Shown here: in pieces, positions 27,605 through 41,900 of the stretch
Layout: every line of letters starts with the position of its first letter
How positions within the stretch are numbered: position 1 is the stretch's first letter
DNA from: Octopus vulgaris
Lineage: Eukaryota
NCBI GenBank assembly: GCA_951406725.2
Contig: OX597820.1
Span: 125,488,001-125,552,000, forward strand
DNA length: 64,000 nucleotides
Reading direction: 5' to 3'
The notes under the pieces: generated by a model
Told to the model about the DNA's origin: nothing
The model's input: the letters and a program-made list of their open reading frames with translations, nothing else
The model's database searches: none
Program-made: the position numbers and the translations under genes

Positions 27605-27887
27605 CCTAATCGAAAAGAAGAAAAATAAAGAAAAGTTACATCGGATTATGCAAAGGCGTTTTGAAAAAACATTATGCAAACCACGTCTCTTTGTTCCACA
27701 AATCAACAAAATCTAAACTTCTGGTATGAATTTCATTTACTCTTATTGAGTATAAAAAGCAAATGCGACCTCAGCGGAATTTCAACTCAGTGCTTGAAGC
27801 CGGAAAAAATGTTAAGTATTTTGTCCGACGGACTAGTGATTGTGTATTATCATCAACTTGTATTTTCATAATTGTTATTATTAAATA

Positions 27888-29013
27888 CAAACTGCGTCCC
27901 ACATTATTAGGCAAATCAACCCTCTCTCAATGAATATATTGTTTATCCACTGACTGTTGGCAAAACCCATCTGAGCACATTCTGTTGAAATAAAACGGAT
28001 CTGCAAAGACGCCAATAAATGGCAGCCATTTTTTTATATGGGGCAACATTTCCACCGTCACAAATTATTAGGCAAGTATAATAAATATGATAATCGTGTC
28101 AGAACAAAGGTTTATTTATTCAGTAGTAAAAGTTTTAAAAAATATGCATAAAGGCCTTAATGGTAAACATAATAATAAGTTCGTATGAAAGTAATCGGTG
28201 GATTATGACATGATACAGTTCCTAATGTTTTATGATGGTCCTTCATATTGAAAAGCATTCTTTATGCGCTGATCCGTTGAATTTGTCAAGGTGATGATAT
28301 CTTGTTGTGTCATGCTTAGAGCAGCATCTACAATAGCATCCCAGAGGGCAACATTACGTTTTGGTAATAACAACTCGTCAGGACACACCACAGGTTCATG
28401 CTTGGGTTTATCTCATGGAAGCAAGGTGACCACTCAATCAAACGACCTTCAGAGAAGCCTATTTGCTGCAGGTATTCCTGAGACGGGGCATTATCTTGCA
28501 TGAAGACCAGCTTTCTCTTGATTGAAAGATTTTGCTTTTTGAACCATTGTTGGAAATTTTCCTTTAAGAATGTAATAGGTAATATATGTTTCCGACGCCC
28601 TCCTAATGCCACTTGGAACTTTCCATGTCTTGACGATCATACCTCGACTCGCCTTATCAGCTCTCAACCGGACTGAAATTGGAGAGTGCACAGATATCGT
28701 CACTGTTCGGTGATCTCTTCCCAGTATTTTTGATATTTCTATGGTTGTTTTACATTTTCTAAGCTCTGACACGATGATAGACTTCTCATTCGATGTAAGA
28801 TCACGTTTCTGACCCATGATGACACTTGAAGTGGGCACCTGTCTAATAATCAGACATGTTGCTGCCACTCGATATTGGCCACCGTTTATTTACGTCTGCG
28901 CAGATTTATTTTAACAGAATGGGGGCAGCGAGGTAGTGCCAACAGTCAGTGGGAAAAAAACTGGTTTTGAATGAATATACAGATTGATTTGCCTAAAAAC
29001 ATGGGACGCAATG
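27888..29013 (-). mobile_element. Internally deleted Tc1-like DNA transposon
   Basis: Imperfect ~140-bp TIRs (..TGCGTCCCACATTATTAGGCAAATCAA / TTGATTTGCCTAAAAACATGGGACGCAATG), TA on both flanks. Transposase remnants MGQKRDLTSNEKSIIV..EISKILGRDHRTV and FMQDNAPS..EWSPCFHEINPSMNLW. Confidence 0.9.
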
Positions 29014-29669
29014 TACTTTTTCTTTGATGTAATCTACATGCATTTCTTCAGAATAAGTCATGAGCAAATCTTCATTTAAATCTCAACAATAATACGTTTA
29101 ACATTTCGGACGCCATGGTAATCATTCAATAAACACACAGTGTTTAACGTATTGTTTTTGAAGCTAAATTTTGAATAAATGCACAGAGTGTACACGGTAA
29201 AATGTGTGTATCATTAATTTATTATTATGACTTTACTATTTTAATCGTAATATTAATCATTTTAATCGTGAAATTTATTTCAAATAATGACATATAAAAG
29301 GTTTACAACAAAAGAAAGATATTACCATAAATTCCAGTCTTTGGTTTTATTATTCTTTCTCTGCGATCAATCCACTCAAATCGAAATTTCAGGTAGTATA
29401 TGTAGTTATCTCATTTAAGGTAACTTATGTATGGATATAGAGTTGATAATCGCTTCAGGGTTTCGTGTGTAACAGCGTGGAATATTTATCGCGGATATAT
29501 ATATATATATACACACGCAGGCACACACACACACAGACACAAATATATATCTCTATGTGCTGTCACAGAGCACTTACTCGTCACTCGTCCTACTTCCGGT
29601 CACTTCAGAAATGTAACCGCATGTGGTTGTTGGCGATTTTTCTGCTCTTTTTCTGTATTTTAATGGACT

Positions 29670-29738
<69 letters not shown>

Positions 29739-29743
<5 letters not shown>

Positions 29744-30546
29744 CAGAATGAGATAACTAATCCTAGGCAGTGAGGAATTTTCAGGACATTTATAATGAAA
29801 TAGTCTTACAGCCGTTTCTGGAATATTATGGATATCTCTCCATCGGAGACGGAGTGAGGAAATATTTGAGATCGAATTATTGTGGAAAAGGAGGAGATAG
29901 GTAATATAGAGAGAAATAAAAGAATGAACGTAGAAATAAGATATATAAAGATATTGTTGTTGCCATTCCATTACTCGAGGAAAATGGTATGTAAATGTGG
30001 TAAACAAATTTCCTGTACATGGTATGTAAGTTCCAGTCGCAGTTCATATTTATTCATTTCAAAGTATGACGCCGTGGAATCCATGTTGCTCGTTGGAAAG
30101 GGTTTGAATTTGATCTGTCATTTCTTCCTAATTATACTCTGTCTCCTCCCACCATCTATCCACAAAAACTGCCAATACATTCTCAAATTTTCGTTCATAT
30201 CGCATAACACTTTCGAACGAGTAACTTTGATTCCACGGTTCTATACTTTGAAATGACTAAACATGAAATGCTATTGGAAATTACCACTTCTATACACCAT
30301 TTTCTTCGGATAATGGAACAGCAACTATAATATCTTTATATATCTTATTTCTACTTTCATTCTCTTATTTCTCTCTGTATTCCTTATCCCCTCCTTTTCC
30401 ACAATATTTCGAACTGAAATATTTTCTCTCACCCTATCTGATGAAGGGATATACGTAATACTCCAGTGAAACAGCCGTAAAAGTATCTCATTATAAATGT
30501 CCTGAAAATTCCTTACAGCCCTAGATTAGTTACCTCATTCTTTCTA

Positions 30547-30547
<1 letters not shown>
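29739..30547. mobile_element. Fold-back element: ~265-bp diverged inverted arms each carrying an HHR-like motif, flanked by (TA)n
   Basis: 29739-30003 aligns to the reverse complement of 30281-30547. HHR motifs at 29803-29850 (-) and 30434-30484 (+). Confidence 0.8.
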
Positions 30548-30615
<68 letters not shown>

Positions 30616-31375
30616 CATACATACATTCGTACATACATTTATATACACTTATTTATACAAACATAGATACGATGATATGTTCGTATGTATATACGGATAG
30701 ATACAATCGTGTATAGAGGAAAGAACAGTGACTCAAGAAATAATGTGTAACTGTCATATTTGCAAACAAACTGTCTGAATGACCAGAATCCTCTGTTTGT
30801 GTCTGTAATTATACATCAATATATATGTGTGTGTATGTGTGTGTGTGTGAGTGTGTGTGTATGTATAGTCACGATGAGGATATTTAAACTTCTTGGGATA
30901 CTTTTTCCAAGATACTCTGGTTTGATATATCAATGAATATATCATATAAAATATCGTAAAATATCAGACATTATTATCGAGTTCGAAAACAGAGAGATCT
31001 AATGGATACAAATCAATTAATTATTTAACATTTTCACTTACAATTATTTCATTTCACAAAGAAGCTTGAAATTACAAGACATATATAAATATATAATTTT
31101 GCGTTTTAAATACCTCGTATGGAAAATCATGAGGGTGTACAAAGCACAATAAAAAGAATTACAATAAGATTCGTTTGGAATACTCAGAATATATATATCG
31201 AAGCTACTAATAATATATGTAATTATTGGGTCGAAAACCCTTTTGCATGGAAAATAAAACGAAGGCTGCTAGACGGATTCGAAACAATATATCATGTAGA
31301 TATGATTGTAGGCGTACTCTTCGCAGCCTATGCTAACGCCTGAATAATTAAGTTGTTATATCCATATATTCCCCT

Positions 31376-31494
<119 letters not shown>

Positions 31495-31800
31495 GTATGT
31501 ATGCATGTGTGTGTATGACTATGTATAACTTCATATAACAATCTCTCGAGGAAGTATAATTTGATGGGATTTAAATGTAAACACGGCCGAGTATAATTCT
31601 GTCTGACACTATTGCAATATGAAGTGTAAAACATGTCTCTACTGTGTCTTGCTGCCAACAAATTAAAGTGCTAAATATACCTGACAAAATATCATGAGAA
31701 AATAAGTATTAAGGTAATATTTAGCAAAAAACCGATATCCATATCTCTCGTGAGAGATAATAAGCCTAGAAAAAGAGATTCGGAAATAAATATGAAGTTC

Positions 31801-31995
31801 TTTTCTACTCTAGGAACAAGTTTTGGCGGAGGGGTCCAGTCGATTAGACCGACCCCACTATACAGCTTGTACTTCATTTATCGACCACGAAAAGCAAAGT
31901 CGACCACGGTGGAATTTGAACTCAGAACGTAAAGGCAGACAAAATGCCGCTAAACATTTCGCCTGTAGTGCTAACGTTTCTGCCATCTCGTCGCC
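31801..31995 (-). mobile_element. SINE family A (alternative 3' tail)
   Basis: Core tttatcgacc..aaagtcgaccacggtggaatttgaactcagaacgt; tail reads ..cttgttcctagagtagaaaa on minus. Confidence 0.85.
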
Positions 31996-32474
31996 TTGTA
32001 ATAAATATGAAATTAAAACAAATCAATAACCGTCACTCGTAAGCGAGTTCGACCTTCTAATATGTCCCATCCATACGTTTTTTTTGTTTTTTTTTCATGT
32101 GCTTATGTGATATCGACCGGCATAAATTAATTCTCGGTCCTCCTTCTCTCTGGACCTATGAAAAGGTCGAGGCTGTTACACCTGATGAGAGAGAGAGAGA
32201 GAGAGAGAGACCGATAAGAAGAGAAAGATAGATGAGAGAGAGAGGAGGCGGGAGAATGAGAGAATGATGGGTGGGAGAGAGAAAGATGGGCAGAAAAGGG
32301 AGAGAACACTTGTTTTGTATTAATCGTCCGTAGAATAACTGGAACACCGTAAATTAATTGACTAGCTGTAGCAAGAACCCATGATTCAATGATTTTCGGT
32401 CCAACAGTCTAGCCATAATGAGGCTCACCTTTATGGTAAAAACTTTATAACATGTAATATTTTAATTTTTCTGA

Positions 32475-32645
32475 AGGTGAAGAGCTGGCAGAATCGTTAG
32501 CACACCACGCCGGACAAAATGCTTATCGAGTTTACCGTACGTTCTTGCAGGGTCGATAAACTAAGAATAATTTGAGCACTGGGGCCTATGCAATGCACAT
32601 ACCTACCTACCCAAATTTCAGGCCTTGTTCCAAAATTTGAATTAA
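32475..32645 (+). mobile_element. SINE family A, deleted/degenerate
   Basis: gagctggcagaatcgttagcac..gggtcgataaactaag..aaatttcaggccttgt. Confidence 0.7.
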
Positions 32646-33019
32646 ATATTTCTAGTCAACAATTATATTTCCTTTATTTAATTTTCTACTTCCTCGACGT
32701 TATTTGTATATTAGTTATAGTTATGCAATATATAATGTCAAGAAATGTCCCCATTTCAAAAATAAGGCATTTGATGTCAGATTAAAATGCTGATATATAT
32801 CATTCTATGTAATATGCTTTATACTTTAATGTGAATGAAATATCAAGTTAACACACATTAATACTCATTCTCATGATGAGAGAATAGTTGTTGCCCCTCC
32901 TCCACTCAGTAACTGTTGAAAACAGAGGTGTTTCCGTAAATATTTATCACGTTCATGTACAGTCAGATATGAAATGACCCCTTTTAGCAGCAACGGATTT
33001 AGAAGGGAAAATATTCACG

Positions 33020-33100
<81 letters not shown>

Positions 33101-33115
33101 AAGAGAGAGGGAAGG

Positions 33116-33400
33116 GGCTCAGGAGTGGGTGGGTGTAAGTAGCTTGCTTACCAACGACATTGTTCTGAGTTCAGTCCCACTGCGTGGCACCTTCGGCAAG
33201 TGCCTTCTAGTATAGCCTCGGGTCCACTAAAGCCTTGTGAGTGGATATAGTAGACGGAAACGGAAAGACGCATGTCGTATACACACACACACACACACAC
33301 GCACACACACACACATATACATATATATATATATTTGTGTTTGCCCCCCCCCCCCGCACCATTGCTTGATAATTGATGTTGGTGTGTTTACGTTCCCGCA
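33116..33400 (+). mobile_element. SINE family B, 5' portion
   Basis: caggagtgg..taagtagcttgcttaccaac..gttcagtcccactgcgtggcacc..ggcaagtg..aagccttgtgagtggat..gtagacggaaac. Confidence 0.85.
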
Positions 33401-33785
33401 GCATGTGAGCCTATCAATTGTTTCCTTAAGTAATGGAATAGTAGTCGAATTACTACTGCTAACATTACTCCGTTTAAATTTTGAGTCCAAATCCGGCAGA
33501 TAACGATACGTATTTTATGATTCCAAGGTTGATATCACAAATAGCAGTCAAGTATTTTAGGGATTTTGCAAGCAGCCCTTTCGCCCAAACACATACAGTT
33601 GAAGATACTTTGAAGGTTACTTCTGATTATCTCAAAGTCAAACCGCTGATTTTATGTACTATCTTACACCACTTAAAAAATGATATTCAAAACTACAATT
33701 ACTTTCATCCAATATCTGTAGATCACGGTTCAAAAGGATAACAACTCGTTTGCTGTTGAAACACACACACACACACACGCACATA

Positions 33786-33823
<38 letters not shown>

Positions 33824-34620
33824 TACACACACACACACGTATAAAACGTCATACAAAATGATCGCTTATACATGTAATCTAATACCAGCAGCAACTACAA
33901 GAGCTTACACGCTCTGATTTACATACATACAAATAAAAGTAAGTGTGTTTCTATGTGGGCATGTTTAAGAAATGTCTAACTTAGAATTTTAGGTATATCT
34001 CGTTAAGATTATGGTTAGTTCAATATCCATACCAATGCTTGCCATATTTCATTCGTATCACCTGCGACCAATCAAAGCCAACGAGCACGTAATTAGCCGT
34101 TGCAAGTGGATTTGTACGAAGCAGTATTTAAGTAATGAATCGAATTAAAATTTGATTATGACGGATTATGTACACTGTATGACAGAATTCGAGATGAAGT
34201 TAATTAAAGTTTGACTGATTGGTGCAGTAGAACTCTAATGAGTATAATCTATTAATGTACTGGGATTTAGGTATTATTAAAGGATGATTGATATGCAGTA
34301 AGAGTGTTTCGTAATGTCTTAACCATATTTTCACATAAGTGAAATGAATTCTGTAATATGGTAAATTCTATCCTCTCCAGATTATGAAATGCTAACGTGT
34401 ACTTTGAAGATGGTTTGTGATTAGTTTATACACGTACACAGATACACACGCGGGAATACATATATTTATATATATATGTAAATATATTTTACGGAGTTGT
34501 ACTTGCATAGCGAGTGACTTGATCTGAGATCCTGTGCTGGAACGAAAACAATTGCAAAGTGGAAGGTGATTATAAGTCCTTTAAGAAAAGCGTTAGATTC
34601 ACTTCAACATTTAAATTTAA

Positions 34621-34671
34621 TTTGTCAAAATATTTTCGTCGTTTTGAGACCGCAACCTGTTCACTGACAAA
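34621..34671 (-). ncRNA. Minimal hammerhead-like motif with G3:C8 compensatory core
   Basis: Minus strand: TTTGTCA-GTGAACA-g-GTTG..CGAC-GAAA-atat-TT-TGACAAA. Perfect 7-bp stem I, 4-bp stem II, palindromic AATATT stem III. Confidence 0.65.
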
Positions 34672-35146
34672 TAGAGAGAGAGAGAGAGGGGAGAGGGAAG
34701 TGAGAGATAGAGACAGAGAGAGAGAGAGAGAGAGAGAAGTGTTTCCAAAATGGGAAAGTGCATATGGTCCCTATATCATTTTAGCGCCGTATACTCAGAT
34801 TTTCTTCAGAATATTTTGCATCCTTGCTTTACTACTCATCTGATTTTCGTTATAGCTCGTTCATTATATCATATCACATTTTATTACGAGATTTTTCTTT
34901 ATATACCCTTTCAACTTTCGGTCAACGTGTATCATTTAACCTCAAATGATACACGTGCAGTCTTTTGAATCTTATCCTAATATAAATTCAACTTAAACTC
35001 AAAAGTATTAATATGTAAAACTATGTGGACATTATTATTAATAGAATGGAAACGTATAGATTTTATTCCTGTTTTGTAAAGAAATATTAATGAAAATTTA
35101 AACGAAATATATTATCTTCAACTTCCTTAATATTTGGTTTAATAAA

Positions 35147-35353
35147 GGCAGTAATCTGGTAGAAAGGTTAGCATGCCGGGCGAAATGCTTAGCGACATTT
35201 CGTCTGTCATTATGTTCTGAGTTCAAATTCCGCCGAGGTCGACTTTGCCTTTCAGGGTTGATAAATTAAGTACCATTTGCATGCTGGGGTCGCTTTAATC
35301 GACTGGCCTCTTCCTCAAAAATTTCGGGCCTTGTGCCTAGAGTAGAAACGAAT
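35147..35353 (+). mobile_element. SINE family A (alternative 3' tail)
   Basis: gttctgagttcaaattccgccgaggtcgactttgccttt..aaaatttcgggccttgtgcctagagtagaaa. Confidence 0.88.
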
Positions 35354-36484
35354 ATTTGATTACATGCATAAAAACCATCCTTTAATTTTGCTTATAATTA
35401 ATTATAATTTAAAAGTTAAATGTTAATAGCAACGTTAATAGTAATATTCACATCAGTATTGATATGAATAATAAAGCAAAATGTAATATCAGTACCAGCA
35501 TCAATATTATTACTAGTGATGAAGTTTATCGTATAAAAAGGATGAGAATGCCAAGGAAAATACGGAAAATGAACAAAAGGTGGATAGCTTTATTGCAATA
35601 ATAGTTACAGTGTTGAAATTTAATAATAATAAAAAGAAGACTAGGACATCAACATTGGAGTAATGAGGTGGAAGAGGTCACATGGTGATGAAAATACAAA
35701 AAGAAAATTATGATAATATTTTCCAGCGGGAAGTTTCATGAAAAGTGATAAAATTGAGTAGTTGAAATAATGTATATATTAGATAGGAAGAACATAAGGT
35801 ATAGATTAGTTTTGATGGAAAAAAAATTAAGCATAGATTAAAAGATGTAAAGATTTGCTAAGTGTATTAAAAATATATGGAGTGGAGTTAGTTGATAACA
35901 AATATCTAATTATAAGAGAACCGGTGAATGCATGAGAAAATAGAGCAATATATTCCCGTATATAAATATTATCAATAATTAAGATTAGGATGATTAAATG
36001 GAGACTTGAAGATAAGAGCATAGAAAACTAATAAAATTAATTGATAATGACATACAATACTGGTAAGATTGATTTTAGCTAAGGAGACATATTCATCGAT
36101 AAAACACTACGTACATGAAATTAAGAAAGAGCTAAATAATATATAAAAACAACACAGTGAGAGCTTTGTAACAAACCAGATACACTTTTCTACCTGCTGT
36201 GGTAGTTGCCTCATGTCACTGATATGCATATATCCATATATGAATGTGTGTGTGTGTATGCGTTTATACATGTTGGTGTGTGTACGTTTTGTATTTGTGC
36301 GTCTGTGTATGTATACAGTAACTGTATATGTGTGTGTGTGTTTGCGTGTGTGCAAGGAAAACTGACTACTGTACAATGACAATGATATATGTAGTTATTC
36401 AGTTATTCTTGTATGCATAATTGTTTTCATTTAAGATATGTTTAACTTTACATATGAGAGTGTACAAACACACCCACACACACC

Positions 36485-36551
<67 letters not shown>

Positions 36552-36569
36552 GTATGTATGCATGTATTT

Positions 36570-36688
36570 ATATCATCATTCAGTTTATTTTAAGATATCT
36601 TGCCAATAGAGAAACAACCGTTTTCTAGCCTATATCCAAGCATCGGAATTTCAAAATCAACAACGGTATTTTTTGTGTATGTATGTAT

Positions 36689-36729
<41 letters not shown>

Positions 36730-37705
36730 ATGTATGTATATATGTATGCATGTATGTATGTGCAGATTTGTATCTTTTATGCATGTATTCACATGCATAT
36801 AGTTGCATATCTAGACATGCTCATATATATTTAAATGATAAACTTCTGGAAAGTTTTACAGAATTTTTAAGATTGCTGTGATAGAGTAGATTTGTAGTCT
36901 TCGAATTAGCTCTCTCCTCTCTGGTTTCTGTAACACTGCCTAATTGGTATTTAGGCCGTGTATTACATATCCCAGAGCCCCATTAGTTACAGGTATAAAC
37001 CTGAACTTGCAATCTGGATAGAGTAACTGCAGATTTCTTTATAGGTCAGCATAGGCGTTCTCTTTTTCACTGAATTTCAGCTTTATGTTAACATCCGCTG
37101 GGCAGCTAATTTTTAAAACTGTACACAGTTTCTCTTCTCTATCCCAAATCATTATATCAGATCTGTTTTATTCATATTTTATTGAGGACTTCACTAGTAC
37201 ATTCTACAAGTATTTTTTTTTTTTATTATGACTGGGTTTGGCTTCTACCATATTGTGGGTTCTTATTTGTCCTTCCCATGGATTTAATTATACAGTGGCC
37301 TAGCAAGAAGGTCATATCTCATCCGTAGATAAACCGTGGTGACATTTTCGAACAACCGCTTATGATGTGGATAATATCTTCAGTGTGAGCTCCACAAAGT
37401 CTGCATCGGTTGTCACATTTTACTGCTTTTCTTGCATCTCTATCACCTTTGTTCATCAGGTATTTAGTTGATGTTTCTTGTTCCTGGATTGCAAACACAT
37501 ACCCTTCAAAGTGGAAGGTAGTAATCCAGCAATAGGTCCATGATAAACTTCTTTGATGATCGATGTTACTATCATCATGGAGCTTTCTACTAACATATCC
37601 ATGCATAGTCTTCTGTTCACATATGCTCATCATTTCAGCTGATGATACGTTGAGGTAGAGTCGTGCGACGTCTTTGTGCATGCATTCTTGGTTACCAGAC
37701 AAAAA
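36570..37705 (-). mobile_element. 5'-truncated R4/Dong-like RLE non-LTR retrotransposon
   Basis: Minus strand: MHGYVSRKL..FEGYVFAIQEQETSTKY..CRLCGAHTEDIIHIISGCSKM (CCHC), then NRSDIMIWDREEKLCTVLKISCPADVNIKLKFSEKENAY..FIPVTNGALG (RLE). Coding ends ~36830; putative 3' UTR to ~36570; (TATG)n on both sides. Confidence 0.88.
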
Positions 37706-39525
37706 ATGATGCAATAAATGTATTTGTGTGTATGTATGTGTGTATGTATGTATGTATGTATGTATGTAGGTATGTATGTATGTATAAAGGTGCATATACA
37801 TGGCTGGGCGGTTCACATCAGTATATAAGGATTTTTTACCATCGCGTCGTTAAATTTAAAGTTCTAGATAATTATATATTCCTGTAAAAAAACGTATAAC
37901 TCTCTTAACAAACTCTATAGCAAGTGATGACATAGATAAGCATAAACTATTTGAGAAATTATTTCTTGTAATGTAGGAATGTTTAAAGGAAAAATCGATA
38001 ATATGTCGGAAGCAAAGCATTCGCTATTGGTCAAGTTGTCTAATAATTACAATAATAACTGCATTTGTATTATTTAAATTAAATTCTATTACTTAAACTG
38101 TCAGTACAGAAATTTTTCAGTATATTTTATTATAGTAATATAATATAGTTATTTGTTTGAGAAAATGATTATCGTGAAAAAACATCGGTATTTATAAAAA
38201 TAATATTGAGAAGAAGAAATAAGAAAATCATGCGACACGTATGATAAATGTAAATCACAGAAGACGAAAAAAGAAGCATATAAGTTATTTAAGCCGCACA
38301 ACGATATAAAGTGATACATTCTGTTTTAAAATTTCAAAATGAATATTATTCTTGATTTTTATAGTCGAGTTATATTTTGGACTTGGTTTGCTTTTAGGTT
38401 AAATGAATAACCAGAATATTTTAAGATGGTTTATTGCAATACATGCCGCACCCCAAATATTTTATGAGGTTTTTGTAAGCCATAATTGAATAGCTCAGTT
38501 TTATACATGCGGTGACTCCATTATCTTCGACATTTTGTGATAAATTTATGTAACTATCTCTGCAATAAATCATTTCTGAAGTAATCGAAAAAGCAGGAAC
38601 GTTGGCATTTTGGAATACCATTGCCATTATGATTTGGCTGTAGACGTTTCTGCAGTTGAAGAGTACACTTCGCAGTAATATTACTCCATGTGTTATGCCA
38701 CTGAATAGCATTTCTCAGCATGGAGCTTCTACTAAAGACTGGAAATGTCCAATGCATCGTAGACCGAAATTTAGTTGACGCCAGCGTTTAAATATTTGCT
38801 TGCATATGTAATCGGGTACATGCGCATGTGCATGTTTGTATATTTATTATTTCAATAATTGTATATCGGAATAAAATTGGCCCAAAGTCGAGTCATTTGT
38901 AACTGACGCTGTTGTTCGAACGAAGTGTTCAATGTTTACAAATGTTTCTTCATCACTTCCACCTTCAGCGATCTGGTCCAGACAAACATTTTGTTGTTCT
39001 TGGATATCGCAAACAAAGGATCTATTATCACTACGCAGTAATACAACATACATAAAGTTCTCTAACTGTTAACAGACAATGGAGAATCTGGTTTGACCTT
39101 AATCAACACGATAATTAATAGTTTCTTATATTTTGGACCAAGACATGATATTTCTAGAGAACAGTAACATTTCACTACATTGTAGCAGCTTCAGTAATGA
39201 TATTCTGGCAGTGATGCAGAATCTATTTAGGAGTAATTTTGTACTAAAGCTACATTAACTTAGTCAATGTGATGCACATCAGATTTCCTCGTTAGCTCAT
39301 GTCAAACATTTTTAGGAGTATAGTGAGCATACCAACTCTGGTTCCACAGTCTCCAAAGATATTTCATCTCATAGACTTCTCAGTGTATCGCCATTCAATT
39401 GGCTATAGCACTGTGCGCCTTCTTTTGTTTGTCTGCGAAGTTAATACAGAGTGTACAGTAATACTATACATCCACGTAATGGGCCGTTTTTTCTATATAT
39501 ATATAGCAGCGTATGTACACTTTGT

Positions 39526-39604
<79 letters not shown>

Positions 39605-39609
<5 letters not shown>

Positions 39610-39760
39610 AGACGGCGGATAGTACTAAGCAGAGAGGCAATGGTCAGCATGAGCAGGGTCTGGAAGAGTAGAGAAAATCCTAGTTTACAAAAAAGTAAAA
39701 GAAAAAGCGGGCTGGAGTTTGTTGCAAATTTCGCTGTCATAGAGACTTGCAATCCTGCAG
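39605..39760 (+). mobile_element. Short RTE-like LINE fragment (RT C-terminal region)
   Basis: IRRRIVLSREAMVSMSRVWKSRE resembles the RTE motif EIxRRIxxxRxAMxxLxxIWKSR. Confidence 0.5.
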
Positions 39761-40599
39761 ATGAAACATAATTTGATTCTGCTGTGTTTTCAAATTTCGA
39801 ACGTACGTGAACAAAATGAAGATAAAAAATATTCTTGTCGTAACAATATCATCATTTGCGTATTAACAACTTCATTGTGCAACATAGGTTTCTTTTTAAA
39901 CAGTACACCGCTACTTGAAGTTACGTAGTTTCTTATTCTCCTCACCCTCTAATGCTTGAAAACTGAAGTGGGTGGAGAAAACACAAACACATATACCGAC
40001 ACACATAAACACACAAACACCACCACCGCCCAACATATAATATACGACAATTTTCCACACTATTTAAATCTACCAATTTCGCTCACAAAGCATTGGTCTG
40101 CAATAAAATGAAGTAGACGATAATTAGCGAAGGTGCCGAGTAGTGGAACTGATACGGAAACCACGCGGTTTTAAAGTGAAATTCTTTATCACACCATCAT
40201 ACCTACGTCTGTATAGGACATGCTTTCGATGTAAAAAGACAATACCAGGAACGACAAATTTTAGTAATGTATAACGTACAGTGCCTTATTAGATTCCTAG
40301 TGTATATGTATGTCTAAGAATGTTACCGTCAAATGCTGTTTGACTGTCTCTTAACTGCAAGTATGAAAACACAGTATGCATATACTCACTCACATATATA
40401 CACCAAAACATATGTGTGTGTGCCTGTGTGTGTGTGTGTATGAGTGAGTGTATGTGTGTGAAAGCCGCGGGTATTTGAGGACACCTAAATATCAGTATAT
40501 TACTTTCCTAAAAGCGGTTGATAAATCTTGATGTCTATCAGATTCTCCTATGGCAGATGCATTACGAATACAGGAAAACAAACGCATGTAGTAATTTTT

Positions 40600-41560
40600 G
40601 CTATATATTTGGAAACCGGCAATTTAGAAAATTACCAACTTTCTAAACGTTGTAAAAGATAAAGGCCGAGTTTGGAGCAATAATTTTTCAACTGTATCAA
40701 AGACAAAAAATAACATACTAAACGTTCGTATACTAAAAACAAATGTCATTGATCTAACATGTTCATAACATTATCAATGATGATCCACAAAAAAAAAAAA
40801 CAAATGATGACAATCACAGAAGAAATCCAGGTGCTGGAGTGTACTATAAGAACATTGGTGCACACGGACAATTGATACAAAACGTATGCACCTGGCGAGT
40901 AGCCTCTATATATCTGTGAAACAATGCATAACCATTGAATCCGTGCCAGATATTTACTTAACAGGATACAAAAAAACCCCTAAAAACATGGCATACATCG
41001 ATTGCTCTCCAATGTAAAAAGCTGCAAACAAGTCTAATTATCTAACAGGAATAGTAACGGATTGTTGTTTGCAGAGCAGTCTGATACTCCCGGACTGATA
41101 CACCCTAAGGTTCCAATAATAGGATTGAGATACGAAAGTTACGTCATTCCACTATTCATCTTTTCACAAGGTCTTACGCTTAATGCTCTTACATATGCCG
41201 GAGTGATGAAGAAAGTAATTAAGTCCTGGATAGATGAACTACTCAGTGGAAGGTCATGTCTGTTTTAAAATTACTCACGCCGTGTCAAAAGCCGTTGTAA
41301 ACCAATGATGGATAGTAAAACAGTATTTTCGATCCAGTAACCAAACTTCGATACTTCCAAACTCGCTAGTTACAGATTCCATTGACAACTCTATCTGGAG
41401 CGTTTTATCCAAGATGAGACTAGTTGATATCGTCAAAATAACATAGCCTCACCGAAGGCCGACATTCTTCTGGTGATGTTCGAAATGAATAAGAAGCGCT
41501 TAGCGCAGACATGCCAAATGTGCTAATGCCACATTGAAGCAGTCACAGCAGCTAAAATAG
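40600..41560 (+). mobile_element. Highly decayed Tc1/mariner-superfamily (maT/DD37D-like) transposase relic
   Basis: FIFSQGLTLNALTYAGVMKKVIKSWIDELLSGRSCLF and PNSLVTDSIDNSIWSV (cf. PNSPDLNPLDYxVW). No clear TIRs. Confidence 0.6.
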
Positions 41561-41687
41561 GAATGCTAGGGTAACATTATAAGAAAGCATATCGGGAAAA
41601 TGCACAGAAATCTCGAGTTAAATATATGTTTTGAAAGATTAGAATCGCTTTATTAAATAAAAAGCATATGTCCTCAAATACCATCCC

Positions 41688-41739
<52 letters not shown>

Positions 41740-41747
41740 ACCTGTAC

Positions 41748-41791
<44 letters not shown>

Positions 41792-41813
41792 GATACCTGT
41801 ACATCATCTCCAA

Positions 41814-41872
<59 letters not shown>

Positions 41873-41900
41873 AGGTTTGGAGATGATGTACAGGTATCAT

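Noticed and set aside
38421-39070. Minus-strand ORFs of 67-96 aa with a possible acceptor near 39066
   Set aside because: No recognisable domain and no consistent splice structure; cannot be supported without a homology search.
41736-41900. Repeat-spacer-like alternation suggestive of CRISPR
   Set aside because: Eukaryotic context, spacers are (TA)n, repeats vary in length and orientation, no cas genes.
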